DNA of 64,000 bases from Azolla caroliniana. Its lineage: Eukaryota; Plantae; Polypodiophyta. Positions 39,601 through 52,450 of this stretch are shown in pieces. Location: NCBI GenBank assembly GCA_043228905.1, contig JBHGNT010000127.1, forward strand, positions 1-64,000, given 5' to 3'. Under the pieces are notes generated by a model. That model was given only the letters and a program-made list of their open reading frames with translations. It did no database searches and had not been told where the DNA came from. The translations under genes were made by a program, and so were the position numbers. The first letter of the stretch is position 1. Each line of letters opens with the position of its first letter.

Positions 39601-42600
39601 ACATTTTAATTTACCTACTAGCTCTTCCCAACTCACTCCTCAAATTTGCTAATTTCGTCATGTCTCTCGATCTGAGTTTTCAAAATCTTGATTTTTTAAT
39701 TCCATATCATAGCTAGCGTTGTGAGCTTCGATTCGCATGTTTGTACACAAAAATCCGATATCACACTCGCTAGGTATGAACATTTTAATTTACTCAAGGG
39801 CTCCTCTCAACTCACTCCTCAAATTTGGTAATTTCGTCATGTCTCTCGACCTGAGTTTGAAAATCTTGATTTTTTAATTCCATATCATAGCTAGCATTGT
39901 TAGCTTCGATTCGCATGTTTGAACACAAAAATCCGATATCACACTCGCCAGGTATGAACATTTTAATTTACCTACTAGCTCTTCCCAACTCACTCCTCAA
40001 ATTTGGTTATTTCGTCATGTCTCTCGACCTGAGTTTCAAAATCTTGATTTTTTAATTCCATATCATAGCTAACGTTGTCAACTTCGATTCGCACGTTTGT
40101 ACACAAAAATCCGATATCACACTCGCTAGGTATGAACATTTTAATTTACTCAAGGGCTCCTCTCAACTCACTCCTCTAATTTGGTAATTTCGTCATGTCT
40201 CTCGACCTGAGTTTGAAAATCTTGATTTTTTAATTCCATATCATAGCTAGTGTTGTTAGCTTCGATTCGCATGTTTGAACACAAAAATCCGATATCACAC
40301 TCGCCAGGTATGAACATTTTAATTTACGTACTAGCTCTTCCCAACTCACTCCTCAAATTTGGTAATTTCGTCATGTCTCTCGACCTGAGTTTGAAAATCT
40401 TGATTTTTTAATTCCATATCATAGCGAGGGTTGTTAGCTTCGATTCGCATGTTTGAACACAAAAATCCGATATCACACGAGCCAGGTATGAACATTTTAA
40501 TTTACCGACTAGCTCTTCCAACCTCACTCCTCAAATTTGGTAATTTCGTCATGTCTCTTGATCTGACTATTCAAAATCTTGATTTTTTAATTCCATATCA
40601 TAGCTAGCGTTGTTAGCTTCGATTCGCATGTTTGTACACAAAAATCCGATATCACACTTGCTAGGTATGAACATTTTAATTTACTCAAGTGCTCCTCTCA
40701 ACTCACTACTCAAATTTGGTAATTTCGTCATGTCTCTGGACCTGAGTTTCAGAATCTTGATTTTTTAATTTCATATCATAGGTAGCGTTGTTAGCTCCGA
40801 TTCGCATGTTTGAACACAAAAATCCGATATCACACTCGCCTGGCATGAACATTTTAATTTACTCAAGTGCTCCTCTCAACTCACTACTCAAATTTGGTAA
40901 TTTCTTCATGTCGCTCGACCTGAGTTTCAAAATCTTGATTTTTTAATTCCATATCATAGCTAGCGTTGTTAGCTTCGATTCGCAAGTTTGAGCACAAACA
41001 TCCGATATCATACTCGCCAGGTATGAACATTTTAATTTACCTACTAGCTCTTCCCAACTCACTCCTCTAATTTGGTAATTTTGTCATGTCTCTCGACCTG
41101 AGTTTCAAAATCTTGATTTTTTAATTCCATATCAGAGCTAGTGTTGTCAGCTTGGATTCGCATGTTTGTACACAAAAAGCCGATATCACACTTGCTAGGT
41201 ATGAACATTTTAATTTACTCAAGTGCTCCTCTCAACTCACTACACAAATTTGGTAATTTCGTCATGCCTCTCGACCTGAGTTTCCAAATCTTGATGTTTT
41301 AATTCCATATCATAGCTAGCGTTGTTAGCTTCGATTCGCATGTTTGTACACAAAAATCCGATATCACACTCGCCAGGTATGAACATTTTAATTTACCTAC
41401 TAGCTCTTCCAACCTCACTCCTCTAATTTGGTAATTTCGTCATGTCTCTCGACCTGAGTTTCAAAATCTTGATTTTTTATTTCCATATCAGAGCTAGCGT
41501 TGTTAGCTTCGATTCGCATGTTTGAACACAAAAATCCGATATCACACTCGCCAGGTATGAACATTTTAATTTACTCAAGGGCTCCTCTCAACTCACTCCT
41601 CAACTTTGGTAATTTCGTCATGTCTCTCGACCTGAGTTTCAAAATCTTGATTTTTTAATTCCATATCATAGCTAGCGTTGTTAGCTTCGATTCGCATGTT
41701 TGTACATAAAAAGCCGATGTCACACTCGCTAGGTATGAACATTTTAATTTACTCAAGGGCTCCTCTCAACTCACTCCTCTAATTTGGTAATTTCGTCATG
41801 TCTCTCGACCTGAGTTTCAAAATCTTGATTTTTTAATTCCATATCATAGCTAGCGTTGTTAGCTTCGATTCGCATGTTTGAACACAAAAATCCGATATCA
41901 CACTCGCCAGGTATGAACATTTTAATTTACCTACTAGCTCTTCCCAACTCACTCCTCAAATTTTGTAATTTCGTCATGTCTCTCGACCTGAGTTTCAAAA
42001 TCTTGATTTTTTAATTCCATATCATAGCTAGCGTTGTTAGCTTCGATTCGCATGTTTGAACACAAAAATCCGATATCACAGTCGCTAGGTATGAACATTT
42101 TAATTTACTCAAGGGCTCCTCTCAACTCACTCCTCAAATTTGGTAATTTCGTCATGTCTCTGGACCTGATATCACACTCGCCATGTATGAACATTTTAAT
42201 TTACCTACTAGCTCTTCGAACCTCACTCCTCAAATTTGGTAATTTAGTCTTGTCTCTCGACCTGAGTTTCAAAATGTAGATTTTCTAATTCCATAACATA
42301 GCTAGCGTTGTTAGCTTCGATTCGCATGTTTGAACACAAAAATCCGATATCACACGAGCAAGGTATGACAATTTTAATTTACCTACTAGCTCTTCAAACC
42401 TCACTCCTCAAATTTGGTAATTTCGTCTTATCTCTCGACCTGAGTTTCAAAATGTAGATTTTCTAGTTCCATATCATAGCTAGCGTTGTTAGCTTCGATT
42501 CGCATGTTTGAACACAAAAATCCGATATCACACGAGGAAGGTATGAACATTTTAATTTACCTACTAGTTCTTCAAACCTCACTCCTCAAATTTGGTAATT

Positions 42601-45600
42601 TCGTCATGTCTCTCGATCTGAGTTTTTAAAATCTTGATTTTTTAATTCCATATCATAGCTAGCGTTGTCAGCTTCGATTCGCATGTTTGTACACAAAAAT
42701 CCGATATCACACTTGCTAGGTATGAACATTTTAATTTACTCAAGTGCTCCTCTCAACTCACTACTCAAATTTGGTAATTTCTTCATGTCGCTCGACCTGA
42801 GTTTCAAAATCTTGATATTTTAATTTCACATCATAGCTAGCGTTGTTAGCTTCAATTCACATGTTTGAACACAAAAATCCGATATCACTCTCGCCTGGTA
42901 TGAACATTTTAATTTACTCAAGGGCTCCTCTAAACTCACTACTAAAATTTGGTAATTTCGTCATGTCTCTCGACCTAAGTTTCAAAATCTTGAATTTTTA
43001 ATTCCTTATCATAGCTAGCGTTGTTAGCTTCGATTCGCATGTTTGTATATAAAAAGCCGATATCACACTCGGTAGGTATGAACATTTTAATTTACTCAAG
43101 GGCTCCTCTCAACTCACTCCTCTACTTTGGTAATTTCGTCATGTCTCTCGACCTGAGTCTCAAAAGCTAGATTTTCTAATTCCATATCATAGCTAGCGTT
43201 GTTAGCTTCGATTCGCATGTTTGAACACAAAAATCCGATATCACACTCGCCAGGTATGAACATTTTAATTTACCTACTAGCTCTTCCCAACTCACTCCTC
43301 AAATTTGCTAATTTCGTCATGTCTCTCGAGTTGAGTTTCAAAATCTTGATATTTTAATTCCATATCATAGCTAGCGTTGTTAGCTTCGATTCGCATGTTT
43401 GAACACAAAAATCCGATATCACACTCGCTAGGTATGAACATTTTAATTTACTCAAGGGCTCCTCTCAACTCACTCCTCAAATTTAGTAATTTCGTCATGT
43501 CTCTAGACCTGAGTTTCAAAATCTTGATTTTTTAATTCCATATCATAGCTAGTGTTGTTAGCTTCGATTCGCATGTTTGAGCACAAACATCCGATATCAC
43601 ACTCGCCACGTATGAACATTTTTATTTACCTACTAGCTCTTCAAACCTCACTCCTCAATTTTGGTAATTTCGTCATGTCTCTCGACCTGAGTTTCAAAAT
43701 CTAGATTTTCTAATTCCATATCATAGCGAGGGTTGTTAGCTTCGATTCGCATGTTTGAACACAAAAATCCGATATCACACGAGCCAGGTATGAACATTTT
43801 AATTTACCTGCTAGCTCTTCCAACCTCACTCCTCAATTTTGGTAATTTCGTCATGTCTCTCGACCTGAGTTTCAAAATCTTGATTTTTTAATTCCATATC
43901 ATAGCTAACGTTGTCAACTTCGATTCGCACGTTTGTACACAAAAATCCGATATCACACTCGCTAGGTATGAACATTTTAATTTACTCAAGGGCTCCTCTC
44001 AACTCACTCCTCTAATTTGGTAATTTCGTCATGTCTCTCGACCTGAGTTTGAAAATCTTGATTTTTTAATTCCATATCATAGCTAGCGTTGTTAGCTTTG
44101 ATTCGCATGTTTGACCACAAAAATCCGATATCACACGAGCCAGGTATGAACATTTTAATTTACCTACTAGCTCTTCCCAACTCACTCCTCAAATTTGCTA
44201 ATTTCGTCATGTCTCTCGATCTGAGTTTTCAAAATCTTGATTTTTTAATTCCATATCATAGCTAGCGTTGTGAGCTTCGATTCGCATGTTTGTACACAAA
44301 AATCCGATATCACACTCGCTAGGTATGAACATTTTAATTTACTCAAGGGCTCCTCTCAACTCACTCCTCAAATTTGGTAATTTCGTCATGTCTCTCGACC
44401 TGAGTTTGAAAATCTTGATTTTTTAATTCCATATCATAGCTAGCATTGTTAGCTTCGATTCGCATGTTTGAACACAAAAATCCGATATCACACTCGCCAG
44501 GTATGAACATTTTAATTTACCTACTAGCTCTTCCCAACTCACTCCTCAAATTTGGTTATTTCGTCATGTCTCTCGACCTGAGTTTCAAAATCTTGATTTT
44601 TTAATTCCATATCATAGCTAACGTTGTCAACTTCGATTCGCACGTTTGTACACAAAAATCCGATATCACACTCGCTAGGTATGAACATTTTAATTTACTC
44701 AAGGGCTCCTCTCAACTCACTCCTCTAATTTGGTAATTTCGTCATGTCTCTCGACCTGAGTTTGAAAATCTTGATTTTTTAATTCCATATCATAGCTAGT
44801 GTTGTTAGCTTCGATTCGCATGTTTGAACACAAAAATCCGATATCACACTCGCCAGGTATGAACATTTTAATTTACGTACTAGCTCTTCCCAACTCACTC
44901 CTCAAATTTGGTAATTTCGTCATGTCTCTCGACCTGAGTTTGAAAATCTTGATTTTTTAATTCCATATCATAGCGAGGGTTGTTAGCTTCGATTCGCATG
45001 TTTGAACACAAAAATCCGATATCACACGAGCCAGGTATGAACATTTTAATTTACCGACTAGCTCTTCCAACCTCACTCCTCAAATTTGGTAATTTCGTCA
45101 TGTCTCTTGATCTGACTATTCAAAATCTTGATTTTTTAATTCCATATCATAGCTAGCGTTGTTAGCTTCGATTCGCATGTTTGTACACAAAAATCCGATA
45201 TCACACTTGCTAGGTATGAACATTTTAATTTACTCAAGTGCTCCTCTCAACTCACTACTCAAATTTGGTAATTTCGTCATGTCTCTGGACCTGAGTTTCA
45301 GAATCTTGATTTTTTAATTTCATATCATAGGTAGCGTTGTTAGCTCCGATTCGCATGTTTGAACACAAAAATCCGATATCACACTCGCCTGGCATGAACA
45401 TTTTAATTTACTCAAGTGCTCCTCTCAACTCACTACTCAAATTTGGTAATTTCTTCATGTCGCTCGACCTGAGTTTCAAAATCTTGATTTTTTAATTCCA
45501 TATCATAGCTAGCGTTGTTAGCTTCGATTCGCAAGTTTGAGCACAAACATCCGATATCATACTCGCCAGGTATGAACATTTTAATTTACCTACTAGCTCT

Positions 45601-45790
45601 TCCCAACTCACTCCTCTAATTTGGTAATTTTGTCATGTCTCTCGACCTGAGTTTCAAAATCTTGATTTTTTAATTCCATATCAGAGCTAGTGTTGTCAGC
45701 TTGGATTCGCATGTTTGTACACAAAAAGCCGATATCACACTTGCTAGGTATGAACATTTTAATTTACTCAAGTGCTCCTCTCAACTCACT
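36610..45790. repeat. 26-monomer (4549-bp) tandem duplication, 2 essentially identical copies, each with a 96-bp truncated monomer
   Basis: Junction GACCTGA|TATCACAC at 37619 and 42168, TACACAAATT at 36692/41241 and GACTATTC at 40565/45114 all have offset 4549 = 25x178+96+3. The identical ORFs at 37485 and 42034 share this offset. Confidence 0.93.
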
Positions 45791-48700
45791 ACTCAAATTT
45801 GGTAATTTCGTCATGCCTCTCGACCTGAGTTTCCAAATCTTGATTTTTTAATTCCATATCATAGGTAGCGTTGTGAGCTTCGATTCGCATGTTTGTACAC
45901 AAAAATCCGATATCACACTCGCTAGGTATGAACATTTTAATTTACTCAAGGGCTCCTCTCAACTCACTCCTCAAATTTTGTAATTTCGTCATGTCTCTCG
46001 ACCTGAGTTTGAAAATCTTGACTTTTTAATTCCATATCATACCTAGCGTTGTTAGCTTCGATTCGCATGTTTGAACACAAAAATCCGATATCACACTTGC
46101 TAGGTATGAACATTTTAATTTACTCAAGTGCTCCTCTCAACTCACTACTCAAATTTGGTAATTTCTTCATGTCGCTCGACCTGAGTTTCAAAATCTTGAT
46201 TTTTTAATTCCATATCATAGCTAGCGTTGTTAGCTTCGATTCGCAAGTTTGAGCACAAACATCCGATATCATACTCGCCAGGTATGAACATTTTAATTTA
46301 CCTACTAGCTCTTCCCAACTCACTCCTCTAATTTGGTAATTTTGTCATGTCTCTCGACCTGAGTTTCAAAATCTTGATTTTTTAATTCCATATCAGAGCT
46401 AGCGTTGTCAGCTTTGATTCGCATGTTTGTACACAAAAAGCCGATATCACACTTGCTAGGTATGAACATTTTAATTTACTCAAGTGCTCCTCTCAACTCA
46501 CTACTCAAATTTGGTAATTTCGTCATGCCTCTCGACCTGAGTTTCCAAATCTTGATTTTTTAATTCCATATCATAGCTAGCGTTGTGAGCTTCGATTCGC
46601 ATGTTTGTACACAAAAATCCGATATCACACTCGCTAGGTATGAACATTTTAATTTACTCAAGGGCTCCTCTCAACTCACTCCTCAAATTTGGTAATTTCG
46701 TCATGTCTCTCGACCTGAGTTTGAAAATCTTGATTTTTTAATTCCATATCATAGCTAGCATTGTTAGCTTCGATTCGCATGTTTGAACACAAAAATCCGA
46801 TATCACACTCGCCAGGTATGAACATTTTAATTTACCTACTAGCTCTTCCCAACTCACTCCTCAAATTTGGTTATTTCGTCATGTCTCTCGACCTGAGTTT
46901 CAAAATCTTGATTTTTTAATTCCATATCATAGCTAACGTTGTCAACTTCGATTCGCACGTTTGTACACAAAAATCCGATATCACACTCGCTAGGTATGAA
47001 CATTTTAATTTACTCAAGGGCTCCTCTCAACTCACTCCTCTAATTTGGTAATTTCGTCATGTCTCTCGACCTGAGTTTGAAAATCTTGATTTTTTAATTC
47101 CATATCATAGCTAGTGTTGTTAGCTTCGATTCGCATGTTTGAACACAAAAATCCGATATCACACTCGCCAGGTATGAACATTTTAATTTACGTACTAGCT
47201 CTTCCCAACTCACTCCTCAAATTTGGTAATTTCGTCATGTCTCTCGACCTGAGTTTGAAAATCTTGATTTTTTAATTCCATATCATAGCGAGGGTTGTTA
47301 GCTTCGATTCGCATGTTTGAACACAAAAATCCGATATCACACGAGCCAGGTATGAACATTTTAATTTACCGACTAGCTCTTCCAACCTCACTCCTCAAAT
47401 TTGGTAATTTCGTCATGTCTCTTGATCTGACTATTCAAAATCTTGATTTTTTAATTCCATATCATAGCTAGCGTTGTTAGCTTCGATTCGCATGTTTGTA
47501 CACAAAAATCCGATATCACACTTGCTAGGTATGAACATTTTAATTTACTCAAGTGCTCCTCTCAACTCACTACTCAAATTTGGTAATTTCGTCATGTCTC
47601 TCGACCTGAGTTTCAGAATCTTGATTTTTTAATTTCATATCATAGGTAGCGTTGTTAGCTCCGATTCGCATGTTTGAACACAAAAATCCGATATCACACT
47701 CGCCTGGCATGAACATTTTAATTTACTCAAGTGCTCCTCTCAACTCACTACTCAAATTTGGTAATTTCTTCATGTCGCTCGACCTGAGTTTCAAAATCTT
47801 GATTTTTTAATTCCATATCATAGCTAGCGTTGTTAGCTTCGATTCGCAAGTTTGAGCACAAACATCCGATATCATACTCGCCAGGTATGAACATTTTAAT
47901 TTACCTACTAGCTCTTCCCAACTCACTCCTCTAATTTGGTAATTTTGTCATGTCTCTCGACCTGAGTTTCAAAATCTTGATTTTTTAATTCCATATCAGA
48001 GCTAGTGTTGTCAGCTTGGATTCGCATGTTTGTACACAAAAAGCCGATATCACACTTGCTAGGTATGAACATTTTAATTTACTCAAGTGCTCCTCTCAAC
48101 TCACTACTCAAATTTGGTAATTTCGTCATGCCTCTCGACCTGAGTTTCCAAATCTTGATTTTTTAATTCCATATCATAGGTAGCGTTGTGAGCTTCGATT
48201 CGCATGTTTGTACACAAAAATCCGATATCACACTCGCTAGGTATGAACATTTTAATTTACTCAAGGGCTCCTCTCAACTCACTCCTCAAATTTTGTAATT
48301 TCGTCATGTCTCTCGACCTGAGTTTGAAAATCTTGACTTTTTAATTCCATATCATATCTAGCGTTGTTAGCTTCGATTCGCATGTTTGAACACAAAAATC
48401 CGATATCACACTTGCTAGGTATGAACATTTTAATTTACTCAAGTGCTCCTCTCAACTCACTACTCAAATTTGGTAATTTCTTCATGTCGCTCGACCTGAG
48501 TTTCAAAATCTTGATTTTTTAATTCCATATCATAGCTAGCGTTGTTAGCTTCGATTCGCAAGTTTGAGCACAAACATCCGATATCATACTCGCCAGGTAT
48601 GAACATTTTAATTTACCTACTAGCTCTTCCCAACTCACTCCTCTAATTTGGTAATTTTGTCATGTCTCTCGACCTGAGTTTCAAAATCTTGATTTTTTAA

Positions 48701-49000
48701 TTCCATATCAGAGCTAGCGTTGTCAGCTTTGATTCGCATGTTTGTACACAAAAAGCCGATATCACACTTGCTAGGTATGAACATTTTAATTTACTCAAGT
48801 GCTCCTCTCAACTCACTACTCAAATTTGGTAATTTCGTCATGCCTCTCGACCTGAGTTTCCAAATCTTGATTTTTTAATTCCATATCATAGCTAGCGTTG
48901 TGAGCTTCGATTCGCATGTTTGTACACAAAAATCCGATATCACACTCGCTAGGTATGAACATTTTAATTTACTCAAGGGCTCCTCTCAACTCACTCCTCA
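44235..49000. repeat. 13-monomer (2315-bp) tandem duplication overlapping the end of the 26-mer
   Basis: GACTATTC at 45114/47429 and ATAGGTAGCGTTGTGAG at 45864/48179; offset 2315 = 13x178+1. Confidence 0.87.
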
Positions 49001-49469
49001 AATTTTGTAATTTCGTCATGTCTCTCGACCTGAGTTTGAAAATCTTGACTTTTTAATTCCATATCATATCTAGCGTTGTTAGCTTCGATTCGCATGTTTG
49101 AACACAAAAAACCGATATCACACTCGCTAGGTATGAACATTTTAATTTACTCAAGGGCTCCTCTCAACTCACTCCTCAAATTTGGTAATTTCGTCATGTC
49201 TCTGGACCTGAGTTTCAAAATCTTGATTTTTTAATTCCATATCATAGCTAACGTTGTCATCTTCGATTCGCACGTTTGTACACAAAAATCCGATATCACA
49301 CTCGCTAGGTATGAACATTTTAATTTACTCAAGGGCTCCTCTCAACTCACTCCTCTAATTTGGTAATTTCGTCATGTCTCTCGACCTGAGATTCAAAATA
49401 TTGATTTTTTAATTCCATATCATAGCTAGCGTTGTTAGCTTCGATTCGCATGTTTGAGCACAAACATCC

Positions 49470-52450
49470 GATATAATACTCGCCAGGTATGAACATTTCA
49501 ATTTACCTACTAGCTCTTCCCAACTCACTCCTCTAATTTGGTAATTTTGTCATGTCTCTCGACCTGAGTTTCAAAATCTTGATTTTTTAATTCCATATCA
49601 TAGCTAGCAGTGTTAGCTTCGATTCGCATGTTTGTACACAAAAAGCCGATATCACACTTGCTAGGTATGAACATTTTAATTTACTCAAGTGCTCCTCTCA
49701 ACTCACTACTCAAATTTGGTAATTTCGTCATGCCTCTCGACCTGAGTTTCCAAATCTTGATTTTTTAATTCCATATCATAGCTAGCGTTGTGAGCTTCGA
49801 TTCGCATGTTTGTACACAAAAATCCGATATCACACTCGATAGGTATGAACATTTTAATTTACTCAAGGGCTTCTCTCAACTCACTCCTCAAATTTTGTAA
49901 TTTCGTCATGTCTCTCGACCTGAGTTTGAAAATCTTGACTTTTTAATTCCATAACATATCTAGCGTTGTTAGCTTCGATTCGCATGTTTGAACACAAAAA
50001 ACCGATATCACACTCGCTAGGTATGAACATTTTAATTTACTCAAGGGCTCCTCCCAACTCACTCCTCAAATTTGGTTATTTCGTCATGTCTCTCGGCCTG
50101 AGTTTCAAAATCTTGATTTTTTAATTCCATATCATAGCTAACGTTGTCAACTTCGATTCGCACGTTTGTACACAAAAATCCGATATCACACTCGCTAGGT
50201 ATGAACATTTTAATTTACTCAAGGGCTCCTCTCAACTCACTCCTCTAATTTGGTAATTTCGTCATGTATCTCGACCTGAGTTTCAAAATCTTGATTTTTT
50301 AATTCCATATCATAGCTAGCGTTGTTAGCTTCGATTCGCATGTTTGAGCACAAACATCCGATATCATACTCGCCAGCTATGAACATTTTAATTTACCTAC
50401 TAGCTCTTCCAACTTCTCTTGACCTGAGTTTCCAAATCTTGATTTTTTAATTCCATATCATAGCTAGCGTTATTAGCTTCGATTCGCATGTTTGAACACA
50501 AAAATCCGATATCACACTCGCCAGGTATGAACATTTCAATTTACCTACTAGCTCTTCCCAACTCACTCCTCTAATTTGGTAATTTTGTCATGTCTCTCGA
50601 CCTGAGTTTCAAAATCTTGATTTTTTAATTACATATCATAGCTAGCAGTGTTAGCTTCGATTCGCATGTTTGTACACAAAAAGCCGATATCACACTTGCT
50701 AGGTATGAACATTTTAATTTACTCAAGTGCTCCTCTCAACTCACTACTCAAATTTGGTAATTTCGTCATGCCTCTCGACCTGAGTTTCCAAATCTTGATT
50801 TTTTAATTCCATATCATAGCTAGCGTTGTGAGCTTCGATTCGCATGTTTGTACACAAAAATCCGATATCACACTCGCTAGGGATGAACATTTTAATTTAC
50901 TCAAGGGCTCCTCTCAACTCACTCCTCAAATTTGGTAATTTCGTCATGTCTCTCGACCTGAGTTTGAAAATCTTGATTTTTTAATTCCATATCATAGCTA
51001 GCGTTGTAGGCTTCGATTCGCATGTTTGAACACAAAAAACCGATATCACACTCGCTAGGTATGAACATTTTAATTTACTCAAGGGCTCCTCCCAACTCAC
51101 TCCTCAAATTTGGTTATTTCGTCATGTCTCTCGGCCTGAGTTTCAAAATCTTGATTTTTTAATTCCATATCATAGCTAACGTTGTCAACTTCGATTCGCA
51201 CGTTTGTACACAAAAATCCGATATCACACTCGCTAGGTATGAACATTTTAATTTACTCAAGGGCTCCTCTCAACTCACTCCTCTAATTTGGTAATTTCTT
51301 CATGTCTCTCGACCTGAGTTTCAAAATCTTGATTTTTTAATTTCATATCATAGCTAGCGTTGTTAGCTTCGATTCGCATGTTTGAGCACAAACATCCGAT
51401 ATCATACTCGCCAGCTATGAACATTTTAATTTACCTACTAGCTCTTCCAACTTCTCTTGACCTGAGTTTCCAAATCTTGATTTTTTAATTCCATATCATA
51501 GCTAGCGTTATTAGCTTCGATTCGCATGTTTGAACACAAAAATCCGATATCACACGAGCCAGGTATGAACATTTTAATTTACCTACTAGCTCTTCCAACC
51601 TCACTCCTCAAATTTGGTAATTTCGTCATGTCTCTCGATCTGAGTTTTCAAAATATTGATTTTTTAATTCCATATCATAGCTAGCGTTGTGAGCTTCGAA
51701 TCGCATGTTTGTACACAAAAATCCGATATCACACTCGCTAGGTATGAACATTTTAATTTACTCAAGGGCTCCTCTCAACTCACTCCTCAAATTTTGTAAT
51801 TTCGTCATGTCTGTCGACTTGAGTTTGAAAATCTTGACTTTTTAATTCCATATCATAGCTAGCGTTGTTAGCTTCGATTCGCATGTTTGAACACAAAAAT
51901 CCGATATCACACTCGCCAGGTATGAACATTTTAATTTACCTAGTAGCTCTTCCCAACTCACTCCTCAAATTTGTTTATTTCGTCATGTCTCTCGACCTGA
52001 GTTTGAAAATCTTGATTTCTTAATTCCATATCATAGCTAGCGTTGTCAGCTTCGATTCGCACGTTTGTACACAAAAATCCGATATCACACTCGCTAGGTA
52101 TGAACATTTTAATTTACTCAAGGGCTGCTCTCAACTCACTCCTCTAATTTGGTAATTTCGTCATGTCTCTCGACCTGAGTTTCAAAATCTTGATTTTTTA
52201 ATTCCATATCATAGCTAGCGTTGTTAGCTTCGATTCGCATGTTTGAGCACAAATCTTCGATATCATACTCGCCAGGTATGAACATTTTAATTTACCTACT
52301 AGCTCTTCCAACTTCTCTTGACCTGAGTTTCAAAATCTTGATTTTTTAATTCCATATTATAGCTAGCGTTGTTAGCTTCGATTCCATGTTTGAACACAAA
52401 AATCCGATATCACACTCGCCAGGTATGAACATTTTAATTTTCCTACTAGC
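49470..52450. repeat. Domain with three copies of a 148-bp truncated monomer (30-bp deletion); 6-monomer (1038-bp) duplication plus a more diverged third copy
   Basis: Junction CTTCCAACT|TCTCTTGACC at ~50411, 51449 and 52310 (spacings 1038 and 861). GATATC sites at 50360 and 50508 are 148 apart. Confidence 0.88.

Noticed and set aside
37485-42279. Two identical 81-aa ORFs
   Set aside because: They are created by the in-frame 96-bp truncated monomer and copied by the 4549-bp duplication; there is no evidence of coding function.
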